Below, piece after piece: positions 9,401 to 20,754 of a stretch of 64,000 nucleotides of DNA (the first letter of the stretch is position 1; every line of letters begins with the position of its first letter). Source of the stretch: an uncultured cyanobacterium (GTDB lineage Bacteria; Cyanobacteriota; Cyanobacteriia; Cyanobacteriales; CAWUOF01); contig CAVUSO010000001.1 of NCBI GenBank assembly GCA_963744145.1, positions 2,848,001 through 2,912,000 of the forward strand, written 5' to 3'. Below the pieces are notes generated by a model that worked only from the letters and a program-made list of their open reading frames with translations, did no database searches and had not been told where the DNA came from. The position numbers and the translations under genes are program-made.

Positions 9401-9793
9401 ATGAAAATCTGGTTTATATTGTTTCTGATCATCTTTGCACTTGCCGAACTATATCAATGGTTGAAACATCTCAGTTTACCTTTACCAGTGCATATTGTCG
9501 GTGGGGTGTTACTCGCGATCGCTTCTAATTTCGACAAACTTTTTATTCGACCCATTCCCTCTACCATTTCTCCATCAACAAAAATTCCTGTTCCTCCTCC
9601 AGCGAGTCTTGCTCCTCCTCTTCCACCAATCACTAATCAGCCAATTCCTGATGTGGCAAAACCTGTTTCTTTACCAAAAATACCAAAAACTATCGCGGCT
9701 GATTCAATTATTTCTGCTCCTGGGCGATCGCTTTTTCCCAAGCAAGGTGAAAAGAAAATTTGGCAACCTAAAAACGACAAATCAACTGGATAG
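9401..9793 (+). CDS. Hypothetical membrane protein with Pro-rich tail
   Basis: Two N-terminal hydrophobic helices (…ELYQWLK…LPLPVHIVGGVLLAIASN). Confidence 0.7.
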   Translation: MKIWFILFLIIFALAELYQWLKHLSLPLPVHIVGGVLLAIASNFDKLFIRPIPSTISPSTKIPVPPPASLAPPLPPITNQPIPDVAKPVSLPKIPKTIAADSIISAPGRSLFPKQGEKKIWQPKNDKSTG

Positions 9794-9807
9794 GATGCTG
9801 AATTTCC

Positions 9808-10386
9808 TTATCTTCCCATATTACGTTTAAGTTTTTCTAATTCTTCATCTGCTTCCCAACGTCTAAAAGTCTGTTCTAGAGAATCATTATTACTATTAAC
9901 CTGACGATTATAAGTTTGATTCCAACCAGTAGTTTCCCTAGGTTTCTGAGCTTGAGTTTTTGCTTTAGTTGCTTGAGATTGGGCTACTTTAACTTTTACC
10001 TCTTCTCGTCTAATCTGAATCTGACGCTGTAACTCTTTCGCTTTTTCAATCCGCTGTTTACAACCTTGCATTTGTCCCCAGAGTTGATTACCTTGACGGA
10101 GCAAAGCTGCTTCTCGTTCTTGGGCTCCATCAGCTAAATCATTTCTTCCCGCAGCTCTAGCTTTATCAATCCTACTGTGCCATATTTGAATATCTTTTGC
10201 GGTAGCTAGAATTTCATTTTGTAATTTCTTTTCTTGTTGTTCCCCATCTCTAATTAGTCGTAAAGTATCTTGTTCTTGCTCCCGCAATTGTTCATCGATC
10301 GCTTCTAATTCTAGATGAGGATTATTGCGGAGAAATTCCTCTAATCTGGTTTCTAAAAATCGACTTACATCTTCAAAGACGCTCAT
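9808..10386 (-). CDS. TIGR04376-family (PspA/IM30-like) coiled-coil protein
   Basis: FEDVSRFLETRLEEFLRNNPHLELEA N-terminus; coiled coil; C-terminal FRRWEADEELEKLK. Confidence 0.8.
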   Translation of the reverse strand: MSVFEDVSRFLETRLEEFLRNNPHLELEAIDEQLREQEQDTLRLIRDGEQQEKKLQNEILATAKDIQIWHSRIDKARAAGRNDLADGAQEREAALLRQGNQLWGQMQGCKQRIEKAKELQRQIQIRREEVKVKVAQSQATKAKTQAQKPRETTGWNQTYNRQVNSNNDSLEQTFRRWEADEELEKLKRNMGR

Positions 10387-10464
10387 TACTCACCTCTTGG
10401 TAATATTAATAGGCAATTGATTATAACCAAATTTTTAGCAATTACCTATTTATTATCTGTCAAC

Positions 10465-11742
10465 TCAAATTCCCTGTCCTACATAAATGGAGCGAACTTC
10501 TCCACTCCGACGAATGACAGCTTCTCCTTTACCAATTTTAACTAAAGTCCAACCACTAGAGCCAATACTTTCACCAATATTCACTCGACGAGCAACTCCA
10601 TTAATCTCAAACAAAGCAGCAGAACGCTCACCCAATTCCAAAATTCCTACTAAATTATGGGTAGGAGTTGGGGAAGGTGTTTCGGTGGGAGTTGGGGAAG
10701 GTGTTTCGGTGGAAGTTGGGGTGGGAGTTGGGGTTTCGGTGGGAGTTGTTGGAGCTGTGGGGGTTGAAGTTACTGCTGGTGTGGGAGTTGGGGTAGTTTC
10801 TGGATTATTAGGGGTAGATGGGGCAATTGTTGAGGGAATTGGTGGAGGTGTTAAGGTAAATGAGGGTGGTTGTCCTGCTAAGGATACCGGTGATGGGGTA
10901 CTAGAAGCTTCCTTCCTGGGACTGGGAGTTGAGGAGACTTGATTGACTTTTGACTGAGGTTTACTAGCAGCAACTACAACAGCTTTCTGAACTGGTAATG
11001 GTGGTAATGGTGGTTTTGGTAAAGCTGATACAGATTTGGTATTAATTTGGGCAAAAGGTGGATTGAACCGATCTAAAACTATAGATAGACGATTTAGTGC
11101 TTGAGCTAAACTGTTGGTATCAGCACTATTACCCAGTGATGTGGGTAAAGGTCCTAAATTAGTCCCAGATGTGGCTAACATTCCGTTAGGATTTTTGCTG
11201 TCAGGGACTTTTTGATCAATAATTTCTAGCGATCGCTGCATATATTGACTAAACTGAGCATCAGCTTCGCTTTCAGGACTGAGCTTGAACTGGATCGGAG
11301 CGATCGCTGTCCAAATTTGATCGAGTCCGGTCCGACTTCCTAACCACAATCCCAAAATAATCACTAAGGAAGCAAAAGCTGTTCCGAGGAGGAGCTGATC
11401 AAAGAATTGTTCAGTTTTACGTTGTTTTTCAGCTTTAGCTACAGTAATAGTTTCGAGCTGAGGTTCTAGACTCGGTGGTTTTACTTCTGGAACTGGGACT
11501 ATTACTTGTGGTAAAACCAAATGAGGGATGGCAATTGTTTTTAAAGAAACATATTCTGGTGGAGTGGATGCAGGTAGATGGCTGTTACCACCATCTAAAA
11601 TCCGGTCAACATCACCAAACAGATCGTCCATCAACCGATCTGCATAAGCATCAACTGTAAATGGTTTATTTAGACTAGATTCTTCGCCAGATTTTAGTGC
11701 AACTTGTGTAGTATTAGCATTCTTTTCCATAAAATTTCCCAC
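10465..11742 (-). CDS. Conserved cyanobacterial single-TM Pro/Thr-rich protein with GspC/PilP-like C-terminal beta domain
   Basis: YADRLMDDLF motif, TM segment, TPTPT linker, LVGILELGERSAALFEING…SGWTLV C-terminus. Confidence 0.65.
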   Translation of the reverse strand: MGNFMEKNANTTQVALKSGEESSLNKPFTVDAYADRLMDDLFGDVDRILDGGNSHLPASTPPEYVSLKTIAIPHLVLPQVIVPVPEVKPPSLEPQLETITVAKAEKQRKTEQFFDQLLLGTAFASLVIILGLWLGSRTGLDQIWTAIAPIQFKLSPESEADAQFSQYMQRSLEIIDQKVPDSKNPNGMLATSGTNLGPLPTSLGNSADTNSLAQALNRLSIVLDRFNPPFAQINTKSVSALPKPPLPPLPVQKAVVVAASKPQSKVNQVSSTPSPRKEASSTPSPVSLAGQPPSFTLTPPPIPSTIAPSTPNNPETTPTPTPAVTSTPTAPTTPTETPTPTPTSTETPSPTPTETPSPTPTHNLVGILELGERSAALFEINGVARRVNIGESIGSSGWTLVKIGKGEAVIRRSGEVRSIYVGQGI

Positions 11743-11823
11743 TCAACGAGTCCTTAATTCCCCTTTTATATCCTTAAAACCCAATGATAATGGTTAGTTT
11801 GGGCAAAATTTAATGATAAATTA

Positions 11824-13755
11824 TCAAACCAAGCTTTTTTGACGCCCACACAATTCTAAATAAACTAACAAGGCATTAACATCAGCAGGATTAACTCCAC
11901 CTATACGAGAAGCTTGTCCAATTGTCAATGGTTTGACTTGAGTCAATTTTTCTCTGGCTTCTTTAGAAAGGGTATCGATCGCCGCATAATCTAGATCAGC
12001 AGGTAATTTGCGGTATGCTTGACGGGCGATTTGGTCAATTTGCATTTGTTGACGTTCCAGATATCCTGAGTATTTGATATCAATTTCTGCACCAGCTGTT
12101 TCAGCTTGATTGAGTTCGGGATTATGTAATCCATAGTTTGCCAAATTTAGATAGTGAAATCCTGGACGACGGAGTAAGTCAGCTAAAGTAATGGAACCTT
12201 TGATGGGAATCTGGGTATCAGTCGCGATCGCACATCCAATCGGATCTAACTCTTTTACTCTAGTGGTATAGAGTCGGTTTTTTTCCACCTCAATCTGAGC
12301 TTGTTTTTGCTTAAACAGAGCATAACGGCGATCGTCAATTAAGCCAATTTCCCGACCTAAAGGAGTTAACCGTCGGTCTGCATTATCCGATCGTAATATT
12401 AACCGATATTCCGATCGGCTAGTCAACATCCGGTAAGGTTCGCGTAAATCCTTAGTACATAAATCATCAATCAACGTGCCAATATAACTTTGTTCCCGAG
12501 GAAAAATCATCATTTCTTCACCCCGAACCAAGCGAGCCGCATTAATTCCAGCTACCAAACCCTGAGCTGCTGCTTCTTCATAACCGGTCGTACCATTAAT
12601 TTGTCCAGCACAGAACAATCCGGCAATTTTTTTGGTCATCAGTGTGGGATAACACTGAGTTGCGGGTAAATAATCATATTCAACTGCATAAGCAGGACGG
12701 AGCATAATACAATTTTCTAATCCCGGCAAACTCCGCAACAGTTTTAACTGAATATTTTCGGGTAATCCCGTGGAAAAACCTTGAATATATAGCTCCGGAA
12801 TATCTCTTCCTTCTGGTTCAATAAAAATCTGATGGCTTTCTTTATCAGCAAACCGGACAATTTTATCTTCAATACTTGGACAATAACGTGGTCCTTTAGC
12901 ATCGACCCAACCACCATAAACGGGAGATAAATGGAGATGATCGCGAATTAATTGATGAGTAACCGGAGTAGTATGGGTCAAATAACAACACATTTGTTCC
13001 CGTTCAATCCAAACATCTGGATCAAAACTAAACCAGCGTACTTCTGAATCTCCGGGTTGGGGGTCCATTTTGCTATAGTCTACCGATCTTTTATCGACCC
13101 TAGCAGGAGTTCCGGTCTTTAAACGTCCAGTTTCAAACCCTAACCGATTTAAAGTTTCAGTCAAACCAATTGCGGCAAATTCTCCAGCGCGACCCGCTAC
13201 CATTGATTTATTCCCAACCCAAATCCGACCACCTAAAAAAGTGCCCGTAGTCAGAATCACTGCTTGACATTGAAAAGCCACACCAAAGTAAGTTTCAACA
13301 CCAACAATTTCCTGATTGGGACCCAAAACTAAATCGGTCACCATACTTTCCCGAATCGTCAAATTTTCTTGGTTTTCGACAATTCCTTTCATGATCGCAG
13401 CATATTCGCGCTTATCAGTTTGGGCTCGTAACGCCCATACAGCCGGACCACGGGAAGAATTTAGTACCCGCTTTTGGAGATAGGTACGATCAGCCATTTT
13501 GCCAATTTCCCCACCCAGAGCATCAATTTCATGGGTCAGTTGAGATTTGGCTGGTCCCCCTACTGCCGGATTGCAAGGTTGCCAAGCAATTTTATCTAAG
13601 TTTAAAGTGAGTAGGAGGGTGCGACATCCCAATCTTGCTGTCACCAGAGCTGCTTCACAACCAGCGTGACCAGCACCGACAACGATCACATCAAAAGCGT
13701 CTTGAAATTCTACTGTTTTGTGGGTCATGGATTGGTCTTTGGTAGCAAGGGCCAT
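11824..13755 (-). CDS. mnmG: tRNA uridine-5-carboxymethylaminomethyl modification enzyme MnmG (GidA)
   Basis: [52 protein letters not shown]; alternative start 13728. Confidence 0.98.
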   Translation of the reverse strand: MALATKDQSMTHKTVEFQDAFDVIVVGAGHAGCEAALVTARLGCRTLLLTLNLDKIAWQPCNPAVGGPAKSQLTHEIDALGGEIGKMADRTYLQKRVLNSSRGPAVWALRAQTDKREYAAIMKGIVENQENLTIRESMVTDLVLGPNQEIVGVETYFGVAFQCQAVILTTGTFLGGRIWVGNKSMVAGRAGEFAAIGLTETLNRLGFETGRLKTGTPARVDKRSVDYSKMDPQPGDSEVRWFSFDPDVWIEREQMCCYLTHTTPVTHQLIRDHLHLSPVYGGWVDAKGPRYCPSIEDKIVRFADKESHQIFIEPEGRDIPELYIQGFSTGLPENIQLKLLRSLPGLENCIMLRPAYAVEYDYLPATQCYPTLMTKKIAGLFCAGQINGTTGYEEAAAQGLVAGINAARLVRGEEMMIFPREQSYIGTLIDDLCTKDLREPYRMLTSRSEYRLILRSDNADRRLTPLGREIGLIDDRRYALFKQKQAQIEVEKNRLYTTRVKELDPIGCAIATDTQIPIKGSITLADLLRRPGFHYLNLANYGLHNPELNQAETAGAEIDIKYSGYLERQQMQIDQIARQAYRKLPADLDYAAIDTLSKEAREKLTQVKPLTIGQASRIGGVNPADVNALLVYLELCGRQKSLV

Positions 13756-14111
13756 TCTCCCAAAAAAGTTATTTTAGGGGAACGAGCATCTTGCCTGTTG
13801 TAGTTATTTTGGCAAGATGTCTAATCTTTTATTCTAGCGATTAAAACCGATTAACATGATTTTCCCGTCAATTAACATTCAGCAGTCAAGGAGCGAGCGG
13901 CTATGGTGATGGAAAGAAATGCTATATTGAGCTGGATATTTTCCTGGTTGTTTCAGGTTAACCTAGAAAAAATTGGGATGACTCAAATGGCAGTATGCAA
14001 AGATTTGAGTGATATAACAGCAGAGGGCTATTCTAGCTGATTAAGTCTGATCATGAAAGCGGTGCGACTACATTGTGGATGATATTTTACAGGTAATAAG
14101 GAATATTACAG

Positions 14112-15191
14112 ATGACGGAACGCAAGCGAGCGCTAATTACTGGGATTACGGGTCAAGATGGTTCTTACCTGAGTGAATTATTGCTACAGAAAGATTATGA
14201 GGTTCATGGGATTATTCGTCGAACCTCGACCTTTAACACTGATCGGATTGACCATATATATGTAGATCCCCATAGCGTTGATGCGCGGTTATTTCTCCAC
14301 TATGGTGATTTAACTGATGGTACTACCTTGCGTCGGATTTTGGAGCAAGTTAAACCCACAGAAATTTATAATTTGGGAGCGCAATCCCATGTTCGGGTTA
14401 GTTTTGATTCTCCCGAATATACTGCTGATGCAGTCGGAATGGGGACTTTACGTCTGTTAGAAGCAATTCGCGATTATCAGTATCGGACTGGAATTGAGGT
14501 GCGGTTCTATCAAGCTGGCTCCTCAGAAATGTTTGGGAAAGTCCAAGAAATTCCCCAAAAGGAAACTACACCCTTTTATCCTCGTAGTCCCTACGCTTGT
14601 GCTAAGGTTTATGCTCATTGGCAAACCGTAAATTACCGTGAATCTTACGGGTTGTTTGCTTGTAATGGCATATTATTTAATCATGAAAGTCCTCGGCGGG
14701 GAGAAACTTTTGTGACTCGCAAAATTACCCGTGCGATCGCCCGGATCGTAGCAGGTAAACAGAAAAAACTGTACTTGGGTAATCTGGATTCTCAGCGGGA
14801 CTGGGGTTATGCTAAGGATTATGTGCGAGCCATGTGGCTGATGTTACAGCAAGAGCAACCCGATGATTATGTGATTGCTACGAATCAAACCCACTCGATT
14901 AAAAAGTTTCTCGATATTTCCTTTAGTTATGTCAATCTTGATTGGCACGACTATGTAGAATTTGATGAGCGTTATTTACGTCCTGCCGAAGTAGAACTAT
15001 TAATTGGTGATGCTAATAAAGCCAAGGAAAAACTAGGTTGGGAACCTTCGGTTACTTTTGAAGAGTTGGTAGCATTGATGGTAGAATCTGATTTACAAGC
15101 TCTGGGACTAACTTCTCCGAATAGTAAGGTTTTTCAATTAATTAAGGATAACGCCTATATTCGGCATGAATTGGGCAGTATGGTTGACTAA
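14112..15191 (+). CDS. gmd: GDP-mannose 4,6-dehydratase
   Basis: [45 protein letters not shown]. Confidence 0.98.
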   Translation: MTERKRALITGITGQDGSYLSELLLQKDYEVHGIIRRTSTFNTDRIDHIYVDPHSVDARLFLHYGDLTDGTTLRRILEQVKPTEIYNLGAQSHVRVSFDSPEYTADAVGMGTLRLLEAIRDYQYRTGIEVRFYQAGSSEMFGKVQEIPQKETTPFYPRSPYACAKVYAHWQTVNYRESYGLFACNGILFNHESPRRGETFVTRKITRAIARIVAGKQKKLYLGNLDSQRDWGYAKDYVRAMWLMLQQEQPDDYVIATNQTHSIKKFLDISFSYVNLDWHDYVEFDERYLRPAEVELLIGDANKAKEKLGWEPSVTFEELVALMVESDLQALGLTSPNSKVFQLIKDNAYIRHELGSMVD

Positions 15192-15287
15192 GTGGTGCAA
15201 ACAGAAGTTCGGGTTCAAGATGTTGATTAGATTCTTGACCCTGACTTCTGATGATTAATAATTAAGTTTTTTTGAATCCTGCCCAGG

Positions 15288-16244
15288 ATGGTAATCAAAA
15301 TGGCAACTTTAGAATTGCAAAACAAACGGATTTTGGTGACCGGTGGAGCTGGTTTTTTAGGAAGTCAGGTCATTAACCAGTTGTGTAAAGCTGGAGCTGA
15401 TCGGCAAAAAATTACTGTACCCCGATCGCACGATTATGACTTGCGATCGCTAGATAAATGTCAACAAGTAGTTGAGCAACAAGATCTCATCATTCACCTA
15501 GCTGCTCATGTAGGTGGAATTGGGTTAAATCAAATTAAACCAGCGGAACTATTTTATGACAACTTAATGATGGGCACTCAGCTAATTCATGCAGCCTATC
15601 AAGCTGGTGTGAGTAAATTTGTCTGTGTGGGGACAATTTGTGCCTATCCCAAATTTACTCCAGTTCCCTTTAAAGAAGATGATCTGTGGAATGGCTATCC
15701 AGAAGAAACCAATGCTCCCTATGGAATTGCCAAAAAAGCCTTATTAGTCCAACTGCAAGCTTACCGTCAACAGTATGGATTTAATGGTATTTATTTACTA
15801 CCAGTCAATTTATATGGGCCAGCCGATAATTTTGATCCGAAAAGTTCCCATGTCATTCCAGCTTTAGTCCGGAAAGTTCACGAAGCGCAACAAAGGGGAG
15901 ACAAACAACTCCCAGTGTGGGGTGATGGTAGTCCGAGTCGTGAATTTCTCTATGTAGATGATGCCGCATTAGGGATTGTGATGGCAACTCAGCATTATGA
16001 TGGTCCAGAACCAGTTAATCTGGGCACCAACTATGAAATCACGATCCGCAACTTAGTGGAACTAATTTGTGAATTGATGGAATTCAAAGGTGAAATTGTT
16101 TGGGAAACTGACAAACCTAATGGTCAACCCCGTCGTTGTTTAGATACAGAAAGAGCTAAACAAGCTTTTGGGTTTACAGCTCAAGTGGAATTTAAGCAAG
16201 GGTTAAAAAATACCATTGAGTGGTATCGTCAACACGCAGCTTAG
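15288..16244 (+). CDS. fcl: GDP-L-fucose synthase
   Basis: [37 protein letters not shown]; directly follows gmd. Confidence 0.96.
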   Translation: MVIKMATLELQNKRILVTGGAGFLGSQVINQLCKAGADRQKITVPRSHDYDLRSLDKCQQVVEQQDLIIHLAAHVGGIGLNQIKPAELFYDNLMMGTQLIHAAYQAGVSKFVCVGTICAYPKFTPVPFKEDDLWNGYPEETNAPYGIAKKALLVQLQAYRQQYGFNGIYLLPVNLYGPADNFDPKSSHVIPALVRKVHEAQQRGDKQLPVWGDGSPSREFLYVDDAALGIVMATQHYDGPEPVNLGTNYEITIRNLVELICELMEFKGEIVWETDKPNGQPRRCLDTERAKQAFGFTAQVEFKQGLKNTIEWYRQHAA

Positions 16245-16307
16245 ACCTCTCCCTACGATTACTCCCCCTTCCCTGGTAGGGAAGGGGGCTGGAGGGTTAG
16301 GTCTAAG
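16242..16307. repeat. Palindromic dispersed repeat / terminator-like hairpin
   Basis: cccccttccct-ggt-agggaaggggg flanked by tagacct…aggtcta. Confidence 0.6.
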
Positions 16308-16496
16308 CATTTAGCCCTACTGAGATCAACATTTTAGATGTCCTAACTATAGCCGAAGCGGTACTTTCGGCAAAAATTAAGCTGGGAATTTTTAGGTATA
16401 GAAGATTTTCGTGATTTTTCACAAATATTATTGTTGTTTTTAAAATAATTATCTCAATTCAGGCAAAAAACCTGCTTGCAATGGTCACTAACAATA

Positions 16497-16514
16497 GTTA
16501 CACTTCTTTAGATA
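16497..16514 (+). promoter_or_regulatory. Possible RpaB HLR1-like site upstream of psbB
   Basis: GTTACACT-TC-TTTAGATA, 2 mismatches to (G/T)TTACA(T/A)(T/A)-N2-(G/T)TTACA(T/A)(T/A). Confidence 0.3.
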
Positions 16515-16674
16515 AATCTCATTTTCAAATGCTGCACTGTCAATCTGTCCCTGCTGTTTAGTTCCAGACCGATCGGAGCAACGACACTAGGTCCAAATAG
16601 ACAATTGCACCATAACCACAAGCTAAAACATAGCTTTCATGTAGATATACCTAATTCTAGGAGGATCGTAGTCG

Positions 16675-18204
16675 ATGGGACTACCCTGGTACCGAGTACA
16701 TACAGTTGTCTTAAATGACCCAGGTCGTCTGATAGCTGTACACCTGATGCACACTGCTCTCGTCGCAGGTTGGGCTGGTTCTATGGCCCTATATGAATTG
16801 GCCATTTTCGATCCTAGTGATCCGATCCTCAACCCCATGTGGCGTCAGGGAATGTTTGTGATGCCCTTTATGGCTCGTCTTGGGATCACCCAATCTTGGG
16901 GTGGTTGGAGCCTAACTGGCCAACCCGCTGTTGATCCTGGGATTTGGAGCTTTGAAGGTGTTGCCACAGCTCACATTCTCTTGTCTGGTTTGCTGTTCCT
17001 CGCTGCTGTTTGGCACTGGGTTTATTGGGATTTAGAACTCTTCAGAGACCCCCGCACTGGAGAACCAGCACTAGACTTGCCAAATATGTTTGGCATTCAT
17101 TTATTCTTGTCTGGTTTACTCTGTTTTGGCTTCGGTGCTTTTCACTTGACTGGATTATTTGGACCGGGGATGTGGGTTTCTGATCCCTATGGTCTCACCG
17201 GTAGTGTCCAGCCAGTAGCTCCGGCTTGGGGTCCGGAAGGGTTTAACCCCTTTAACCCTGGTGGAATTGTCGCTCACCATATTGCCGCAGGAATTGTCGG
17301 AATTATTGCTGGTATCTTTCATTTAACCGTCAGACCACCAGAAAGGCTCTATCGAGCTTTGCGGATGGGTAACATTGAAACCGTACTATCAAGTAGTATT
17401 GCCGCAGTATTTTTTGCAGCCTTTGTGGTTGCAGGGACAATGTGGTACGGCAGTGCGGCTACACCGATCGAACTATTTGGCCCAACTCGCTATCAGTGGG
17501 ACAGTGGTTATTTCCAAAAGGAAATTGACCGTCGCGTTCAAGCTGATGTAGCTGAAGGTAAGACCTTGAGCGAAGCTTATGGAGCCATTCCCGAAAAACT
17601 GGCTTTCTACGATTATGTAGGTAATAGCCCTGCTAAAGGTGGTTTGTTCCGGGTTGGTCCAATGAATAATGGCGATGGTCTAGCTCAAGATTGGCTCGGT
17701 CATGCTGTATTTAAAGATGCTGAAGGTCGGGAATTGTGGGTACGTCGGCTCCCTAACTTCTTTGAAAACTTCCCTGTGGTCTTGACTGATAAAGATGGGG
17801 TAGTTCGTGCGGATATTCCTTTCCGTCGTGCTGAATCTAAATACAGTTTTGAGCAAGTTGGTGTTACCGTCAGTTTCTATGGTGGTTCCCTGGATGGTCA
17901 GACTTTTGATGACCCAGCCCTAGTGAAGCAGTTCGCTCGTGGTTCTCAATTGGGTGAAATCTTTAAGTTCGATCGCGAAAAATTTGACTCTGATGGTGTG
18001 TTCCGCACCAGTACAAGGGGTTGGTTTACCTTTGGACATGCGGTGTTTGCCTTACTGTTCTTCTTTGGTCATATCTGGCACGGTTCTCGGACGATCTTCC
18101 GTGATGTGTTTGCTGGTATTGATCCCGACTTAGATGAAGATCAAGTCGAGTTTGGTGTGTTCCAAAAATTAGGTGATGCTACCACTCGGAAGAAAGAAGC
18201 TTAA
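16675..18204 (+). CDS. psbB: Photosystem II CP47 reaction-centre antenna protein
   Basis: [19 protein letters not shown]… full-length 509 aa; AGGAGG RBS. Confidence 0.99.
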   Translation: MGLPWYRVHTVVLNDPGRLIAVHLMHTALVAGWAGSMALYELAIFDPSDPILNPMWRQGMFVMPFMARLGITQSWGGWSLTGQPAVDPGIWSFEGVATAHILLSGLLFLAAVWHWVYWDLELFRDPRTGEPALDLPNMFGIHLFLSGLLCFGFGAFHLTGLFGPGMWVSDPYGLTGSVQPVAPAWGPEGFNPFNPGGIVAHHIAAGIVGIIAGIFHLTVRPPERLYRALRMGNIETVLSSSIAAVFFAAFVVAGTMWYGSAATPIELFGPTRYQWDSGYFQKEIDRRVQADVAEGKTLSEAYGAIPEKLAFYDYVGNSPAKGGLFRVGPMNNGDGLAQDWLGHAVFKDAEGRELWVRRLPNFFENFPVVLTDKDGVVRADIPFRRAESKYSFEQVGVTVSFYGGSLDGQTFDDPALVKQFARGSQLGEIFKFDREKFDSDGVFRTSTRGWFTFGHAVFALLFFFGHIWHGSRTIFRDVFAGIDPDLDEDQVEFGVFQKLGDATTRKKEA

Positions 18205-18251
18205 TTTTTCCTGTTGGTAAACCTGATTTCTGGTTAAAAAAACACAATTTA

Positions 18252-18297
18252 AACCCACCTTCTACTGATTAATTTTTGTAGTTAGGTGGGTTTTTTA
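18252..18297 (+). terminator. Intrinsic terminator after psbB
   Basis: aaacccacct…aggtgggttttttt inverted repeat with T tail. Confidence 0.7.
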
Positions 18298-18471
18298 TGT
18301 TTTTTCTGCCGATCGCATTTGCTATACTAATCTTGATCCCGGAACTCGCAGACAAGCGAATTTTAACCCCAATTTAAAAAATTTTTAGCCTAAAAACCTA
18401 GGATCTCTTAGTATTAGTCAAGTAAAATAGGATAAAATAAGCTTTAACTACAATAAACAGGAAATTTTCCT

Positions 18472-18567
18472 ATGGAAAGCCTTGCTTACATTTTGGTTCT
18501 CACCCTAGCTCTGGGTACAATTTTCTTTGCCATTGCATTTCGCCAACCTCCTCGGATCGGTAATTAA
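18472..18567 (+). CDS. psbT: Photosystem II protein T (31 aa, absent from the ORF track)
   Basis: Own translation [31 protein letters not shown]; usual position after psbB. Confidence 0.95.
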   Translation: MESLAYILVLTLALGTIFFAIAFRQPPRIGN

Positions 18568-18646
18568 ATCCCTAGATACCTCTTGGTTTTCTGTCGGATT
18601 TTTTTTAAATTACTGGTTCAGTTTTTTTAATCTGCTCTTTTATTAC

Positions 18647-18679
18647 TCAAACCAAGTCGTCATTGACGACTTGGTTTGA
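18647..18679. terminator. Perfect inverted repeat after psbT
   Basis: tcaaaccaagtcgtca-t-tgacgacttggtttga. Confidence 0.65.
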
Positions 18680-18773
18680 TTTTAAAGTATCACTAATTTG
18701 CAGCATAAAAAATGTAATTAAATAACTATAACCTAATCATTTCAATGAGCATTCTTAGCACAACGTATCTTGT

Positions 18774-19559
18774 ATGATGTTGGTATTTTCAATAACTTTA
18801 GTAACTAAAAATATTACTAATTTTTGCCAATTGGCTCGTCCTCCACGCAGTTTGCTCATCTCCATCATCAGTTTGAATATTGCTAGTCTATTCATAATTC
18901 CCTTGAGGGTTGTTGCTCATCCCATCCATCGTTACTGTCAGGGAGAGTCCCATGTAGGAATGTTGAATGGTCAAGGAACCTGTATTTTTCCTAGTGGTAA
19001 TCGTTATCTAGGAGAATTTCGTCACGGGGTTCGAGAGGGTAGAGGAGTTTTTAATTATGCTGATGGGACTAAATGCGAGGGAGAGTTTCACAATCAATTA
19101 CTTAATGGGATCGGTGTTTGTGTTTTTCCCAGTGGAAATCGCTATCAAGGTGAGTTTAAAGATGGGGTGAGAGAGGGAAGGGGGTTGATTACTTTTACTG
19201 ATGGGACCCTTTGCGAAGGGATGTTTGTCAAGGGACAATTAAATGGTTGGGGTAGATGTAGTTTTCCCAGTCGCGATCGCTATGAAGGGGAGTTTGATCA
19301 CAATGCGATCGCAGGAAAAGGAGTTTTTATCTGGGTTGATGGGACTCGGTGTGAGGGGGAGTTTCAGAAAGGAATGCTGAATGGAAGAGGAATATGTAGT
19401 TTTAATAGTGGTAATCGTTATGAAGGTGAGTTTCGTAATAATATGAGAAATGGTTTTGGTGTATTTTATTATCGTCAAGGAGTTCGGTTAGAAGGAATTT
19501 GGCAAGATGACAAATTTATTCCACCGAAACCATCTATGATTAGACCTAAAAGTTGGTAA
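18774..19559 (+). CDS. MORN-repeat protein, probably exported
   Basis: Repeated YxGEFxxGxxxGxG 23-aa units after a hydrophobic N-terminus; start uncertain. Confidence 0.88.
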   Translation: MMLVFSITLVTKNITNFCQLARPPRSLLISIISLNIASLFIIPLRVVAHPIHRYCQGESHVGMLNGQGTCIFPSGNRYLGEFRHGVREGRGVFNYADGTKCEGEFHNQLLNGIGVCVFPSGNRYQGEFKDGVREGRGLITFTDGTLCEGMFVKGQLNGWGRCSFPSRDRYEGEFDHNAIAGKGVFIWVDGTRCEGEFQKGMLNGRGICSFNSGNRYEGEFRNNMRNGFGVFYYRQGVRLEGIWQDDKFIPPKPSMIRPKSW

Positions 19560-19617
19560 TTCAGTTAATGAGGAACACAAAAGTTGATGAATATAATTAA
19601 ATAAAGATGAGAGTAAG

Positions 19618-20481
19618 ATGATGATTTTGAGCCAAATATTTACCAACAAAGCATTAACTAGATTTGGGCAATCTCCATCCGGGATAATTGGGATGGTGAT
19701 TACTATATTGATAGTTTTGTTAGCCATATTAGCACCAATTATTTATCCTTACAATCCAGCGATCGATCGAAATTATCTCCTGCGATTACATCCTCCCGAT
19801 CTGCAACATTTATTTGGCACAGATGGATTAGGACGAGATTTATTAGTATTAGTGTGGTATGGGTTGCGAACTTCCCTCACTGTATCGATTATTTCCGTAA
19901 CACTGGGATTCAGTATTGGCTTATTATTAGGTTTAATTGCGGGGTATTATGGTGGATGGCTCCAAATTATTATTAGTTGGATTAGTGATATTCTTTTGGC
20001 TTTTCCTGCGATTTTATTAGCGATCGCAGTTGTGACTATCACCGGACCAAGTTTACCCAGTGTAATTATTGCAGTCGGATTAGTGCAAATTCCGATTTAT
20101 ATTCGACTCACTCAGAGTATGGTGCTTTCGTTACGAGAACAGGAATTTATTGAAGCAGTAAAAGCAATGGGGGGAACATCGATCCGAATTATTTTCCATC
20201 ATATTTTACCTGGGAGTCTAGGACCATTAATAGTCCAAGCTACCCTTTCCATAGGAACTACCACATTAGAAGCTGCTGGATTGGGATTTTTAGGTTTAGG
20301 AGCACAACCACCCAATCCAGAATTAGGTACGATGTTAGCAGATGCTTTTAAAGGAGGCTATTCTTTAACATCTCCTTGGACAACAATTTTCCCAGGTTTA
20401 TTTATTACTTTAATGGTATTAGCTTTTAATCTTTTAGGTGATGGTTTACGTGATAGTCTCGATCCGCGCTCAACCCGCTAG
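19618..20481 (+). CDS. ABC transporter permease, DppC/OppC type
   Basis: HLFGTDGLGRDL, EFIEAVKAMGG EAA loop, LGFLGLGAQPP. Confidence 0.92.
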   Translation: MMILSQIFTNKALTRFGQSPSGIIGMVITILIVLLAILAPIIYPYNPAIDRNYLLRLHPPDLQHLFGTDGLGRDLLVLVWYGLRTSLTVSIISVTLGFSIGLLLGLIAGYYGGWLQIIISWISDILLAFPAILLAIAVVTITGPSLPSVIIAVGLVQIPIYIRLTQSMVLSLREQEFIEAVKAMGGTSIRIIFHHILPGSLGPLIVQATLSIGTTTLEAAGLGFLGLGAQPPNPELGTMLADAFKGGYSLTSPWTTIFPGLFITLMVLAFNLLGDGLRDSLDPRSTR

Positions 20482-20615
20482 GAATCCTGTCCAACCTCCA
20501 ACGGTTTTTCCCTGGTGATGAGTGAGAATAGTTTTATTGTATAGAAGAATCTGATTACTCATCATCAGTAAAGGATGATGGGAAACTGCTAAAACTATGA
20601 ATATAAGAAAAAATT

Positions 20616-20626
20616 ATGATTATCAT
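20616..20626. promoter_or_regulatory. Possible Fur-box core upstream of porin
   Basis: ATGATTATCAT (reverse complement ATGATAATCAT); second weaker ATGATAGCCAT at 20734-20744. Confidence 0.35.
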
Positions 20627-20754
20627 CAATTTAAACTTTTATATAAAAAATTATAAATGATTACGATAATTATTATTGAACTTAAATATATTACCAAAAG
20701 TTAAACTCCAGTTTATTATTGCTCTAATCATAAATGATAGCCATGTAGTTAACC

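Noticed and set aside
10487..10942. 151-aa Gly/Val-rich plus-strand ORF
   Set aside because: Antisense of the Pro/Thr-rich linker of the 425-aa gene
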